Position numbers and translations under genes: made by a program. This document shows, piece by piece, positions 17,490 through 31,413 of a stretch of 64,000 nt of DNA; position 1 is the first letter of the stretch, and each line of letters begins with the position of its first letter. The notes under the pieces were generated by a model. That model searched no databases. It saw only the letters and a list, made by a program, of their open reading frames with translations, and was not told the DNA's origin. The stretch is from NCBI RefSeq assembly GCF_009914755.1, contig NC_060935.1; one strand, written 5' to 3'. This stretch comes from the human T2T-CHM13v2.0 reference genome, Homo sapiens.

Positions 17490-18355
17490 TATTTTAACTC
17501 ATGTGATCTTTTTAAGTGTCTTGTATAATCTTCTCAAAAATACTGCTAGGTAGAAATTATTATCTCTATTTTATAGCTTGTGCAGTTGAAGCCCAGAAAA
17601 ATTAAATTATTAAGTCGACAAAATTAGTAACAGAATCACAGTGAGAGCCAAGGTCTGCCTGACTCTAAATAATATGCTTGTTCAGAGCATCCCCTGTCCT
17701 TCTGCTTTGATGTTTTTTCCCTTGGGACCCAGTTTGAATGACCCTGATACTATCTACTTCCTCCCTCCATGATGGGCAGGACAACAGAAGCAGCAGGAGT
17801 GTGTAAGAATAAGACAGGGAGCCCAGCTCCCTGAATGTGAATCCCAGTACCCTTGCTTTTTCTGATTGCATTTGGTCAGGTGGTTAGATTATTTTGCCTC
17901 TTAGTTTCATATTCTTTCAAGTCATAATTGCACCAACCTTACAGGATTGTTGTGAGTACTAACTAAGATAACACATATAGAGATCATGACTCGGTAAGCA
18001 GAACTAACCATTTGTCAATGGACTGTTTTTTGTTTGATTGTTTTGTCTTCATTCCACACATGCAATCAGCTTTAACCATGTTAAAGTAGCTTGGATTTCT
18101 TTTTTATGGACATAAAGAGGGCAGCTAACATCTTGGTTAGAATGCTGGCTCTGGCAGGGTTTCTTGTCTGTACTTGAACACCAACTGCACCATCTAAGAG
18201 CTCTTTGACTCTAAACAAACTGGTTAACCCTCTGCACTTTCATTTATTCATCTATAAGTAGACTCATGGTAGTACATAATTTACACAGCTGTTGTGAAGA
18301 TTAAATTACTTCAGTTAAGTACTTAGCGGAGTGCCCGGCTCACTGTTAAGTGTTT
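17490..18355. mobile_element. Cluster of MIR fragments in both orientations
   Basis: MIR cores at ~17500-17670 (-), ~17830-18010 (+), ~18130-18350 (+; 'gttgtgaagattaaat...acttagcggagtgcccggc'). Confidence 0.55.
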
Positions 18356-18689
18356 GGAAGCCTGAAGAATCTACACAAAGCTTTTTGCCTATCCTGTGTT
18401 AGCAGGAGGTTTGGTTCAAAATGAAACCAAAGGATAAAGTTTTAGCATAGCTAAATCAATGACTTAATACAGATCTGTCACCATGTTCTGACATCTATAG
18501 CTATTAAAGTTGGATGTGGGAGCCAAGACCCTGCAACTAATCTGGGAAATCACTTCTCATCTAGTTCTTATACATCCATGAAACCTTAAGGAAATCGAAT
18601 CATTATGGTAGGCACCACACAGATTCAGTATCCATGGACACTGAATATGGATAAAAATAGGAATGAATTGTTTCATTGTTTACTAATAA

Positions 18690-19335
18690 TGTCATATGAG
18701 CATATGACATTAAAAAGCACTGACAACTACTACATGATACTCACCATCATAAGTACACAAAACATTAGTGCATGGAGCAGCTTAAGTCTCTGCTCTCATA
18801 GAGTTTATCTTCTGGGCAGGGTAGTAGAGAAATATGATAAGCAAACAAACACAAACATGCGTGCATACACATAAAATCTCTATAAAGAAACCACTAAAGC
18901 AGGGATTAGGGGATGTAAGAGACTGAAAGTCTGTTACCTTAGACAGGTGTTCAGGGAAGACCTCCATGACTTTAGAGCAGAGGCTTGAGGCATTTAGGGA
19001 TGATGCATACAGAAACCTGGAGGAAGAGCATTCCAAACAGAAACAGCAAGTGTACAAGCCTGGCAGAGACTATACTTATTGTGTTGAAGATATAGTACAG
19101 TGATCAGAAACTAGAGTGAAGTGAGTAAGAAAAAACATGGAAGGAATTCCAATTAAAATTTAATTATATGTATTACTTATTAGTGCCTGTCTTTATCACT
19201 GGAATTTAAGGCTTGTGAGGGAGGGATCATGTTGATCTTTTTGCACCGCTTTGTCCCCAGTCGCTAACAAGATGGTTTACACAGAGCATTGAATCAGTAT
19301 TTTATGTGATGGCCAGATGGAAGAAAGGAAGGAAG
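18690..19335. mobile_element. LINE-2 fragments (minus 18690-19130, plus 19150-19335)
   Basis: 'gtctctgctctcatagagtttatcttct', 'aggaagagcattccaaacagaaacagcaagtgtacaag'. Confidence 0.6.
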
Positions 19336-19569
19336 CAAACAAGGAGAAATAAACATGTAAGGATGACAGAGTGTGGTTCAGGACCTGACAGTCCGGCTGG
19401 TTACGGCTTCAGTAACTTCAAGACAAAGAATTCAAGAGAACATATGTAAGAGAGGCAGGTTGATATAGCCTTGGAAATATTAGGCAATGTGATAACATTT
19501 ACCTTCACCTGTTTAACTCACTGTCCAGCATAATCAAGTTTCATACACCCAAGATGATATAACACACAT

Positions 19570-20357
<788 letters not shown>

Positions 20358-20421
20358 ACCCTTTAAAATTTCCCCCCTAAAATGTTCCTCAAGTCTTTCC
20401 TTATGACAAAGCAGAAAAAGT

Positions 20422-20461
20422 AAAAATTGCATAGCAGGAAGAAAAATTGCATAGCAGGAAG
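20422..20461. repeat. Perfect 20-bp tandem duplication
   Basis: aaaaattgcatagcaggaag x2. Confidence 0.95.
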
Positions 20462-20928
20462 AACTCCCGATCTGAAGAAAATTCTAAAGGAAACCTGTTC
20501 CCCCTACAGATGGAGATGCCTAATATTAGCCAGTCCTAATGATTATGCTTCTGGCTCCCTTGCCATTTAAAATATATTTGATTTTCTTCTAAACTGGCTC
20601 ATACATGGTCAGCTACTACTTCTTTCATATTTTAAGGAAACTAAACTAATCTCTACCTTTTATGCCATGGAAACATATTTGAATTGAACACAACAGGTTT
20701 AACAACTAGAATATAAAGTAATTTTCTAGCACAGTCTGAAACTTGCTGTAATTGGACTCCTTAAATCACATGCAATATCCACTTCAGCAAAACCCTTTTT
20801 TATTTGCAGGTGTTTTCCACTGGCTATCTAGATGGTCAGCTAAGCTCTGCTCTGCACTAATAAAAATGATCATCAATGCTTTTACATTTTTTACAACTTT
20901 CTCAAAATTGTTTGGAGTCCATCAAGAG

Positions 20929-21290
20929 TGTATCAGAGTGTTCTTGCCTATAAGCAACAGAAACACTCCATTACTAATTTAACAAAAATAAAATGAAGGT
21001 TTTTGGAAGAGTATTAGGTAGCTGCATGGCTTACTTTAAGTAAAATAAGAAATCAGTTACATTTGGTCGGAACACCACTTTCGCTGGACACCAGATACCC
21101 AGATACCAGTGCTAGGACAAACACAGCCCCTGGACCTCAAATATTCCTGTTGTGGCTGAAAGAAAGTCACTGACTTCTTCACATAACTAACCACACAGTC
21201 AGATTTTAAGGAGGTAACATACGATTGGCTAAACATAGGTCACATGCTTATGCCTAACTTCTATTATAATGATTAACTGTCTCAGTTTTA
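20929..21290 (-). mobile_element. Old MaLR LTR fragment (MLT1K/L-like)
   Basis: 'taagcaacagaaacactcc...gattggctaaacataggtcacatgc'. Confidence 0.5.
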
Positions 21291-21609
21291 GTGGGGATGC
21301 ACCTATTTTAGCACTAAAGGTCCCACAATTCAAAGAACACCTTGGTCCCAACCAAATCAGAATGGTGGTTACTAAGGGGGCTGGCAAAATGAATATTTGA
21401 TTCTTTTGTTTTCAAGACCAGTAAGTAGCTCTTTTTATACCACTGAGACTCATAAATCAAAGATTTTCCCAAATATAGTAAGAGCATTTTTTTAAATGAC
21501 AAATATGTACAACACAGATAATATTTCATTTAGCATTCAGGAAAAATAAACATGAGATTTCTAAGGCAGGTATTTTCACAACTATCTGATGCATAAGCAA
21601 TAAGGAATC

Positions 21610-21862
21610 ATTTATTAACTCATTCAACAAATATTTTTTGAATGCGCCAGGCATTGTCAGTCACTTTGGATGCTTGTGAAAAAAAACAAAACCCAGGATT
21701 GCATATTGCAGTCTGGCTGCTTTAGATAAATAAATTTATCATATCAGATGGTAACATTTTCTATGAAGAAAAGTGAAATGAGGAATGTGTGATTAGGTGG
21801 AGAAATAAAAAGCTATCCATTTTTAAAACGGCAGTCAGGAAAGTACCCTCTGAAGGGGTGAC
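21610..21862 (-). mobile_element. LINE-2 fragment
   Basis: 'cattcaacaaatattttttgaatgcgccaggcattg'. Confidence 0.6.
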
Positions 21863-21864
21863 CT

Positions 21865-22098
21865 CATTGCTGGGAAAATTAAGCACTGTCCACTGGGAGA
21901 GACTGCACTGGGAGAGGACAACTGGAAGTTTTCACCTCCTCTCTCCTAGACTCTGTGTTACATATCTTTTATCTTTACTGATGTAATCTACATCCTTCTA
22001 CTGTAATAAATAACCATGAGTATGATAGCTTTTCTGAGTTCTGTGAGTCTATCTAGCAAATCATTGAACCAAGGATGAACTTAGGGACGCCTGACACA
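21865..22098 (+). mobile_element. MER21-like LTR 3' fragment
   Basis: 'cactgggagaggacaactggaag...accatgagtatgatagcttttctgagttctgtgagtc...gcaaatcattgaacc...gacaca'. Confidence 0.7.
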
Positions 22099-22194
22099 CC
22101 TGTACTACCAAAAAAATATTAAAGAGAGTTCGTCAAGCAGGTGGGATATGAAACCAGAAGGGAATTTCAATCTAAGCAAAGAAATGAAGATGTC

Positions 22195-22460
22195 AGGCAC
22201 AAAAGAGTGCACACTGTATGTTTCCATGTTTTTGAAGTTTGAAAATCGGTAATGCTAAACTTTGACGATAGAAGTGAGAATTAAGATTACATCTGGGAAG
22301 GGTAATGGCTGTAAAGGATGCCGGCCATTTTCAATATATTGATGTGAATGTTAGCTACATATATGTGTTCACTTTATAAAATGTTTCTTGAGCTGTATTA
22401 GATATAATATATATGTACATTATGATAGTTGACAATCACTCAATAAAAATGTATAAAATG
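22195..22460 (+). mobile_element. Old L1M (L1ME-like) 3' end
   Basis: 'cacaaaagagtgcacactgtatgtttccat...ctcaataaaaatg'. Confidence 0.6.
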
Positions 22461-23659
22461 TATTACAGACACACAATTGAAGGGATTGCCTATGAAGAAA
22501 GATGCATCTAAAAGAGTAATATTATTATGCTGATAAGAGGAATTTTCAGTTTCTAGATAATGTAGCATCATAACAACATCATATGCTTATCAATCGTAAG
22601 GAATTTGGTCTCTTTTTCACCAGCTGGCTAGCTATGTGTTCTTATATAAATTTCTTAATCTATCTCAGAATCAGTTTCCTCATTTGCAAAATGGGAAATA
22701 TAATATTTAGCTTTCAGTTTTATGGTGAAAAATTAATGAATATCTATAGAGGAACACCACAAAGACTAGTAAAATACTAGGGTTCATACAAGCAATGCTT
22801 ATTGACCTTATTGTTAAGATGGTGGGAAGGAACAGGAAGAGAAATAAGATAAAGATTCTGATATTTTAGTTCATCTAAAAACAGGATCAGGTGAACTCTG
22901 TTACTGGAGAAATTAGTATCTGCATCCACAGATTCAGACATGCCTTTTTCATTTTCATTAATTTTGGTCCATATTGGAAGCAGAAAACTTACATAGCTGG
23001 CAAATACAGTACCTCAGCAGAGTTGAGAAAACATAATGTTGAAGAAACTGGAGCTGCATCTAAGGATTCTGATATTTAAAAAAAATATTTTACCCCACTA
23101 CCTTCTAGGCCATTGTGATCATCTTGGGTTTACAATAGATTATAAGATAATAATCACCTTTAGCCACAAGGCACAAAGGAAGATGCTGCTGAATCTAGAG
23201 CTCCAAAAAAATAAGCACACTTATTCCTAGAACATGGCAAGTCCAGGCCCTGGGCAATCAATGTAAGTGGTCAAATTATCCATCCTCTGTGCTTTTAAAG
23301 ATGTGGTTTCTTCATTGGCAAAATGTGGAACAGAATGCTTACTTTACAAGAACAGATCTCATTTCAAACTTCCTGTCCTGTGGTTCCCATATATGCACCT
23401 TCACACTCTATGCTGTGCATCTTAATTGGAGTTAATAAAATATGATCAGAAACTGATGAAATTCTATGGAAAATGATAGTAAGGAGCACAGGTTAAATAT
23501 TAAGTAAAAATAAAAATTAATTTGAAAACTATTGTGGTGTAGTGAATACTGACGTCTATGCCAGGATCATCTTGCCAGGATGACCTTGGAAAATTATTAT
23601 GTCCTACTGTGAGTTACTGAGCTCCTGTTTCTGACATTTTAATCATTTAATTTGTCAGT

Positions 23660-24090
23660 TGCAAGATATTTTAGAAGTCATTCTTCTCATCATTCATTTC
23701 CCTTAACAAATGATAAACGGGTTCAGAAAGGGAAAGTGACTTGCCTGAACTCACACATCTTGTTGGTCCAAATCTAGGACTAAAGTTAGGTTTTCTGACT
23801 CCAGGCTAAATGCATTTGCAAGAACCCCAACAAAAAATGGACAAGTGAGAGAACAGGCTTCATAGTCAGAGAGCCTGGATTCAATTCTTGCTCTGCGATA
23901 TTCCAGCAGGTACAACCTGGGAGAAGTTAGTTAAATTTTTTTGCCCTTAGTAATTTTTTTTAGAAAATGGCTATAATAAAAGCACCTATCTTAAAGGAAT
24001 ACACTGAATTTGAAGTATGATAATATATATAAATCAAGAACATAAAACCCTGCCGGCAACATTGTAAGAGCTCAATGAATGTTAGCTATC
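23660..24090. mobile_element. Two MIRs (minus ~23660-23810, plus ~23855-24090)
   Basis: 'gaaagtgacttgcctgaactcacacatct'; 'agtcagagagcctggattcaattcttgctctgc...gctcaatgaatgttagctat'. Confidence 0.65.
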
Positions 24091-24447
24091 AGGATATTCA
24101 ACAACCTCATACCCAAGAACTGAGTTATTGGCAATGATGATAGACACTGACCACTGTGAATGAGCCAGGAACAAGGATAGCCATATGCTGTCCTTATTAT
24201 GAATAATGAATTGGGAAAGGTCATTTCAAAATCAGTTATTAATTTTACTCTTCCTGTGTTGCTTACACCATGCTTCTAGATGTGGCTTTTGTTGTGAATA
24301 TTAGTTCACACAAAGTCAGTAGAATTAGTGGTGCTCAAGGAGTCATTCTCAGTACCTTTGCCTACAGTCTAATACCACAAAGCCTGCTTAATCATTTTAC
24401 AGACTTTCTAAATAAGCTATTTCTGCTATTGAGAAAATGAAGTTAAT

Positions 24448-24468
24448 TGTGTGTGTGTGTGTGTGTGT
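24448..24468. repeat. (TG)n microsatellite
   Basis: ~10 TG units. Confidence 0.9.
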
Positions 24469-24852
24469 CTGTTCACTTTTATGTGGTACTGTTCATCAGT
24501 ACCTATAGACCTTTTACTTAGATCATACCTTCATAAGGGGATATGGTAGAAGAAAAAAGAATATTATTTTACTGTCTATCAGACTTGGGTTCAGTCCTAC
24601 CTCTTTCTTCAATATCTGCTCATACAAATCACTTAATTTCTTTGAACTTCATTTTTCTCAAAGATAAAATGGAGATCATGCTGACCTGGCCAGTTGTGAA
24701 GAGCAGTAGAAAAGACTTACAAACTGTCGTTTAATTCCCTTCTTTTTCATGTTTTGGAAAAGGAAAAAAAAAAAAAAGACAATACTCAGTGATCAAAGAA
24801 GTGGGAAATAAATCTAAAAAGGCTAACAGTAAATACAGTAAATGACCAGATT

Positions 24853-24867
24853 TATCTATCTCTCTAC

Positions 24868-24911
<44 letters not shown>

Positions 24912-24918
24912 CATCTAT
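24853..24918. repeat. (TATC)n tetranucleotide STR
   Basis: 10 uninterrupted TATC units at 24872-24911 plus degenerate flanking units. Confidence 0.95.
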
Positions 24919-25068
24919 TTATTGAAACAGGGTCTTAGTCTGTCACCCAGGCTGGAGTGCAGTGGTGTGATCACAGCTCATTGCAACCTGGAACTCTTGG
25001 GCTACAGCGATCATCCGCCTGAGCTTTCCAAAGCACTGGGAGTACAGGGATAAACCATGGACCCAGCC
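24918..25068 (-). mobile_element. Alu monomer (FLAM_C / AluJ-age)
   Basis: Single arm 'gaaacagggtcttagtctgtcacccaggctggagtgcagtgg...aaagcactgggagtacagg...cccagcc'; agattt flanks both ends. Confidence 0.8.
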
Positions 25069-25489
25069 AGATTTTTCTTATTCTAACTTAATCTAAGGCT
25101 GCTTATTTTAGTGAGAAAAATAATCCTGACACATTTTATAAGAGTCTACCACAAATAAAAAATGCAAAAGCAAACATTTCATTATTATTGGAGGCAAATG
25201 GGTTGAGAATTGCTAATGCAATTATGATGACCACTAAAGGGATATTCATGTATAGAGTTTAAATTTAAAAATATTTATTTTTTCAGTATGTCCTTGGAAA
25301 AGACTAGTCTTTCACATGGTATGTGTGTTTTCTTCTTTTAGCATGACATATGTGTTTTTAATTGTCACCTGGATTTTGTGTAAACATGAAGTTTGATACG
25401 GAAAGTAGAAAACAGGGGTGAGAAACAAATAGGACAACATAATCAACTGCTTTAAAGATACAGTCAGGCTCTTAAAAATTAAATAATCC

Positions 25490-25955
25490 ATATATTAAGT
25501 ACTATATTCAGCATTTCTCAAAACATGTACTGAACGCATACAGGGCATAGAGTAAAATACCAGAAATACAGAGATTAATAACATAGTCCAAATTCTCAGG
25601 GAACTCAGTCTAGTGGAGCACAAAGGCAATCAAAGAGACAGGTACACTGCAACTTCTTAAGCGTCACAGAAACAGAATGTGAGTTGAAGAAATAAACTCT
25701 GGCAGAGGCACACCCTAATGCATTCCTAAAACGCATGAACGAAGCGAGACAGAAGTACAGAGGGCATAGATGAAGATATGAGGGAGCATGACATTCTGGC
25801 AAATAGCCAGTAGTTGGGTGTGGGTGTAGAATTAGGATAAGGAGGGAAGCCTGGAGGTAGAACAGGCTGATGAAGTGAGTACAGTCAAATCACAGCAGTC
25901 CTTCTATACTAAGACAGTTTGAATTCTCTTTTCTTCTGAAGCCTATAGGGAAGAA
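25490..25955 (-). mobile_element. LINE-2 fragment
   Basis: 'tctcagggaactcagtctagtggag', 'tgaagcctatagggaag'. Confidence 0.5.
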
Positions 25956-25959
25956 TCTA

Positions 25960-26185
25960 AGTATACATATATATTATATATATGTTTAGTGTATATATAT
26001 ATAAAATATATAATATTATATATTATAGATAGCATATACATTGTTTATTTCTATATATTAAATATTATCTTATTAATTAATATACTAATAATATCTTAAT
26101 TATATTAAGAGAATATTTAATATAATATTTGACATATATTTACATTATATGTACATGTGTGTATATATATCAAAATATATATTTA
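25960..26185. repeat. AT-rich (TA)n-derived low-complexity tract
   Basis: Almost entirely A/T degenerate TA repeats. Confidence 0.85.
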
Positions 26186-26646
26186 CAAGTGGAATTATAT
26201 AATCAGATTTACTTTTTGATAAAGGATAGCTCCAAATCAATGGTCTCTGAAACTGTCCACTTGACTCCAAGAACCAATATTGGAATGGAAATAAAGAAAG
26301 AATACAAGAGGTTCAGAAGTTAAAATATCTGGAATTTGGTGATTAATGAGAGAACAAAAGTGACATAAAACCAGATCCTAGAATTATTTAGCTTACCTCC
26401 TTCTCTGATTAATTCAACACATTTTTATGTTATACCACAGAATACAGTTTATACTATTTTATTTAATAACATACAGATTTTGTAATACCATTTAGCTATT
26501 GTTTTGACTCTTCTTTAAACACACAAACACCCTCCCACCTCAGTTGCATTGTGTTTCCTAGAGGGATAATTTTCCCCAAATCATTGTAAAATTAACCCAA
26601 TAATTTAACTCAGATCCCCAATGTTATCTCAGATAGAACTTTTTGG

Positions 26647-27220
<574 letters not shown>

Positions 27221-27226
27221 GTTCAC

Positions 27227-27250
27227 TTTTTTTTTTTTTTTTTTTTTTTT
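27227..27250. repeat. T24 homopolymer
   Basis: 24 consecutive T. Confidence 0.95.
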
Positions 27251-28329
27251 ACCTTTCCAATTAATAGCAAACTGCTTAGCATTCTATAATATTTGAATCA
27301 GAGCTGCCACCGGAGTAAATGTAAACTGTCTTATTTTTAAGATAAGAAAGTTATATCCTAGGAAGATTTTATTGTTCTTTCAAAGTCCAAATACTAGTTA
27401 ACAGTAAAATCCAGGATTGCTGATTCATACTGCAGATTTCTTTCCTTTCAGTTATAATTTCTCTACACTCTGGGTAGAAACCATACCTTCTATTTTGTCT
27501 GCTTTTTCTCCTCTCCAGTACATATAACCATACTAGGTATATGAAAATGTTTCCTCTTACTGAACAAAGAATTGAATGTATTCAACATCTCTCACTTGCA
27601 AAAATCAAACCAACTCACCAACTTCAATTCCACCTGAAAGTATGACCCTTTTTTCTCCTAATAATGGAGTCTGCAGTTTCAGTTATAGAAACAATATTAC
27701 CTTTTCTTAAACACAAATAATAGCAGAAATCACCCCTTACTCACTTGCCTTGGAGTTGAGGTATGATGGAGAAGTATTGCTGGTATAAAAATCAGGTTGT
27801 AGTTCTTTGTGAGTAGAGAGAATTTAGAATAGAATGAATTCAAACTATCAGTCATGAATAAAACCAGTAAAACAATTTATCTATGAAGCTCCAATGTCCT
27901 GAACTGATGCTGGCATAAAAAGACTTTTATGGATATTATTTTCCACCTCAAAAAACAGTTGCATTTAACTTTCTAGCTGTCAAAATGGTCACAGCCATTT
28001 TTCACTCCAGAGTTGCCTGTCTCTTTCAATTTTAGCTTACAATATTGCTCCAAAGCTAATGGATTGCCCTCCTAATATACGCAAGAAAGCATTGTGATGA
28101 TTATATTCATGCCAGACAATAATATGTAAAGATATTTCAGCCAAGTTTCAATGACTGTTACAAATAGTACTATTTCCTGGGTTTACCATTAATATGTTGT
28201 CAATCCCACTACCAACACCTCCTTAAGTTTGACTTATTACCTCTATGTTTCTAGGCCTATTGGTTGATAATGCTTCCTCCTATAAGTTGTGTTTTTAAAA
28301 AAATAACAAATAATACAAGTGTGAATTGA

Positions 28330-28681
<352 letters not shown>

Positions 28682-29070
28682 CAGAAACTATTCACCTCCC
28701 TCCTCCCACTGTGGGTAGAGTGTACTTCTCTAGCCCTTTGCTGTAGAACTTGGCCACATATCTTACTTCAACCAGTGAAATGTTAGTGGACAGGATATGA
28801 GCAGAAACTTGAAATGTGCTTGCAAAATTGGTCTTTTCTTCTGACATTCCAGAAAGGAATCTCAAGACTGTGAGAAGAGCTTCCACTGGATAGCTTCTAC
28901 TACTCTAGCCTGGGCTTGAGAATGCAACAGGTAGAATAGACCTGAATTCCACCCCCAATCAAAAGCAGAACTGCTGAAACTGACCAGTAGACCACATGCA
29001 ATGAAAATAAATATTTGGTAAGGACTTAGATACAATGGTTGTTTTAAAAGAGTAAAATTGATTAATATAG
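28682..29070 (+). mobile_element. Old MaLR LTR (MLT1H/I-like)
   Basis: 'gtgggtagagtgtacttctc...cttggccacat...gcagaaacttgaaatgtgcttgc...aaaattgattaatata'. Confidence 0.6.
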
Positions 29071-29529
29071 ACCACATCCTCTGTCTCCTGCTGACATTCG
29101 AAACCATTCAGATGATGCTCATTCCGACATCCATGATTGGGTGAAAGGAATCCAAAAATAAAATCAAATAGTCATTAAGTTTAGTTTCTGGCTTGGTCAC
29201 TTACAAACACTGTAAACTTAGGCAAGCCTGCTTTACTTGCATACTTGAGTTCCTTACCTATAACATGGGGTTAATAATTTTCACCCCCAGGTGTAATGAT
29301 GAATGTTAAATGAGGTAAATTCTGTGACTCTGCTACCACAAGTCTTTCTCAGAATAGTACTGGATGAAGGGACAGATAATCTGTGTCCAAATCCTGGATT
29401 TCACACCAACTGGCTGGGAGTAGAGGATGTTGAAATGTATTATTTTTTCACTGTCCATATGCATTCCCGCCTTCAATTCTTCTCTCTGTAAATGGTCCTG
29501 GAGGGGGGAGTGAGGGAGACACATTCTTT

Positions 29530-30015
29530 ATGGTTTATGTGTAATGACTTTTCCACAGTGCTGGACTTCAAGGTAGGTGTATATCTAAGGCCTAACACAG
29601 CAGCCTCAGCATTGCACTACTTATGCCACAGTGATTGGATCATGGATGGGCACATGACCAAAGTCTAGCCAATTAGAGCCCATCCCAACAACTTGTCTGA
29701 AGCTACATAGATGGAAGTGCCTTTTCTTTACTCCTAATTGCATGCTGAAACTGTAATATAATCCTAGAGCTAAACTTGCTATGGCAGACAATATAATAGA
29801 GGAGTCCTCTTTAAAATAAAGCCAACACAGAGGGAAACAGACCAGGATATGGATGGAAAATAAACTTTTTATTACATTATTTAAGCCTCAGCATCCACCT
29901 TGGACTGCAGACAGGACCACTAAGAGACATTTCAATAATGTGAGCCAATACACACCCAATTACTTAGACCGATTTGAGGTGGGTACCATCACTTACAAAC
30001 AAAAAAGTGTGACCT
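29530..30015 (+). mobile_element. Old MaLR LTR (MLT1J/K-like)
   Basis: 'gccacagtgattggatcatggatgggcacatgaccaaagtctagccaattagag...tcacttacaaacaaaa'. Confidence 0.6.
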
Positions 30016-30401
30016 TGAAAAATTTATTTTATTTCTTTGCATCAAGGTTACCTAATATGTGAAATAGAAACAAAAATAGTATTACTTTACAGTATCAAGA
30101 TGCGTTGCTATTGTAGGAATTAATAGATGATGTACCTCAAATATAATATGTAGTCAATAAAAATATCCATGATTATCATCAACACATTCTCCTACCTTAC
30201 ACCAGCTTTGAAAAACGTCACAGACTAATAAGTCAATAAAGACACATTTCTTCACTCCTCTCTCTATTCACCAAATGAGAGATTCCAGAACAATGTTCTA
30301 AGGAGGAGGGAAAGGAAAATGGAGAGAGAAGAACAAAAGGGAAGTAATCATAGACACAGAGAACCAGAAGTCAGCGACATGGTAAGAAAATGGATGAAAG
30401 A

Positions 30402-30750
<349 letters not shown>

Positions 30751-31413
30751 TCAAGACAGGCTGTCCAGGTGATAAAATGTAAAGGGACTAAAAACAAAAC
30801 AACTTGTAATGCCTGAGATAATGAACTGAACCCTCAGGGAATGAAACAATAAGAACCTACTTGTGTGACAAGGGTAAACAACATACAAAGAAAGCCTCCC
30901 TAAGCCTGGTTCCCTTTCCCATGTTCTCAGCCTGTGAGTGATACAAACTACACCTACTGAAAGCATCAGGCTTGGAGACCTGCAAAGACCTCAATCCTGA
31001 AGAGCCTTGCTAACCCTGAATGAAGAAGTCGAGGTTCTTCAGCCCCTAAGAACCAGCATCGCCATTTGTCATCCCTTACGTTAGAAGAAATTGGTAGCCC
31101 CTTCTAAGTATGCTTTCCACCAGACCACTTAGGAAGAGAACGAACAAAGCCCAAACTATTTCTTTCCAGAAGACCCACACACTTAATGGCATACACTGTC
31201 CTATCTGCATACAGAGCTCAGAAGGGAGGCTCCCATTTTCTGGTATACCAGAACCTCTCACCTCCTCCCTTTGAATACAACAGTGCAATCTCCATATTTC
31301 CTTCCACTGGCCCTTGTCCTCAGGGCCTCTTTCTAACCACAACTACCTTCCTCAGCCTCACATTCTTAGTCACACTGCACCCAAAAAATAAGACCCACAG
31401 AGTTAAACACCTT

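Noticed and set aside
27227-27250. T24 as the tail of a processed pseudogene
   Set aside because: No adjacent mRNA-like body or TSD found
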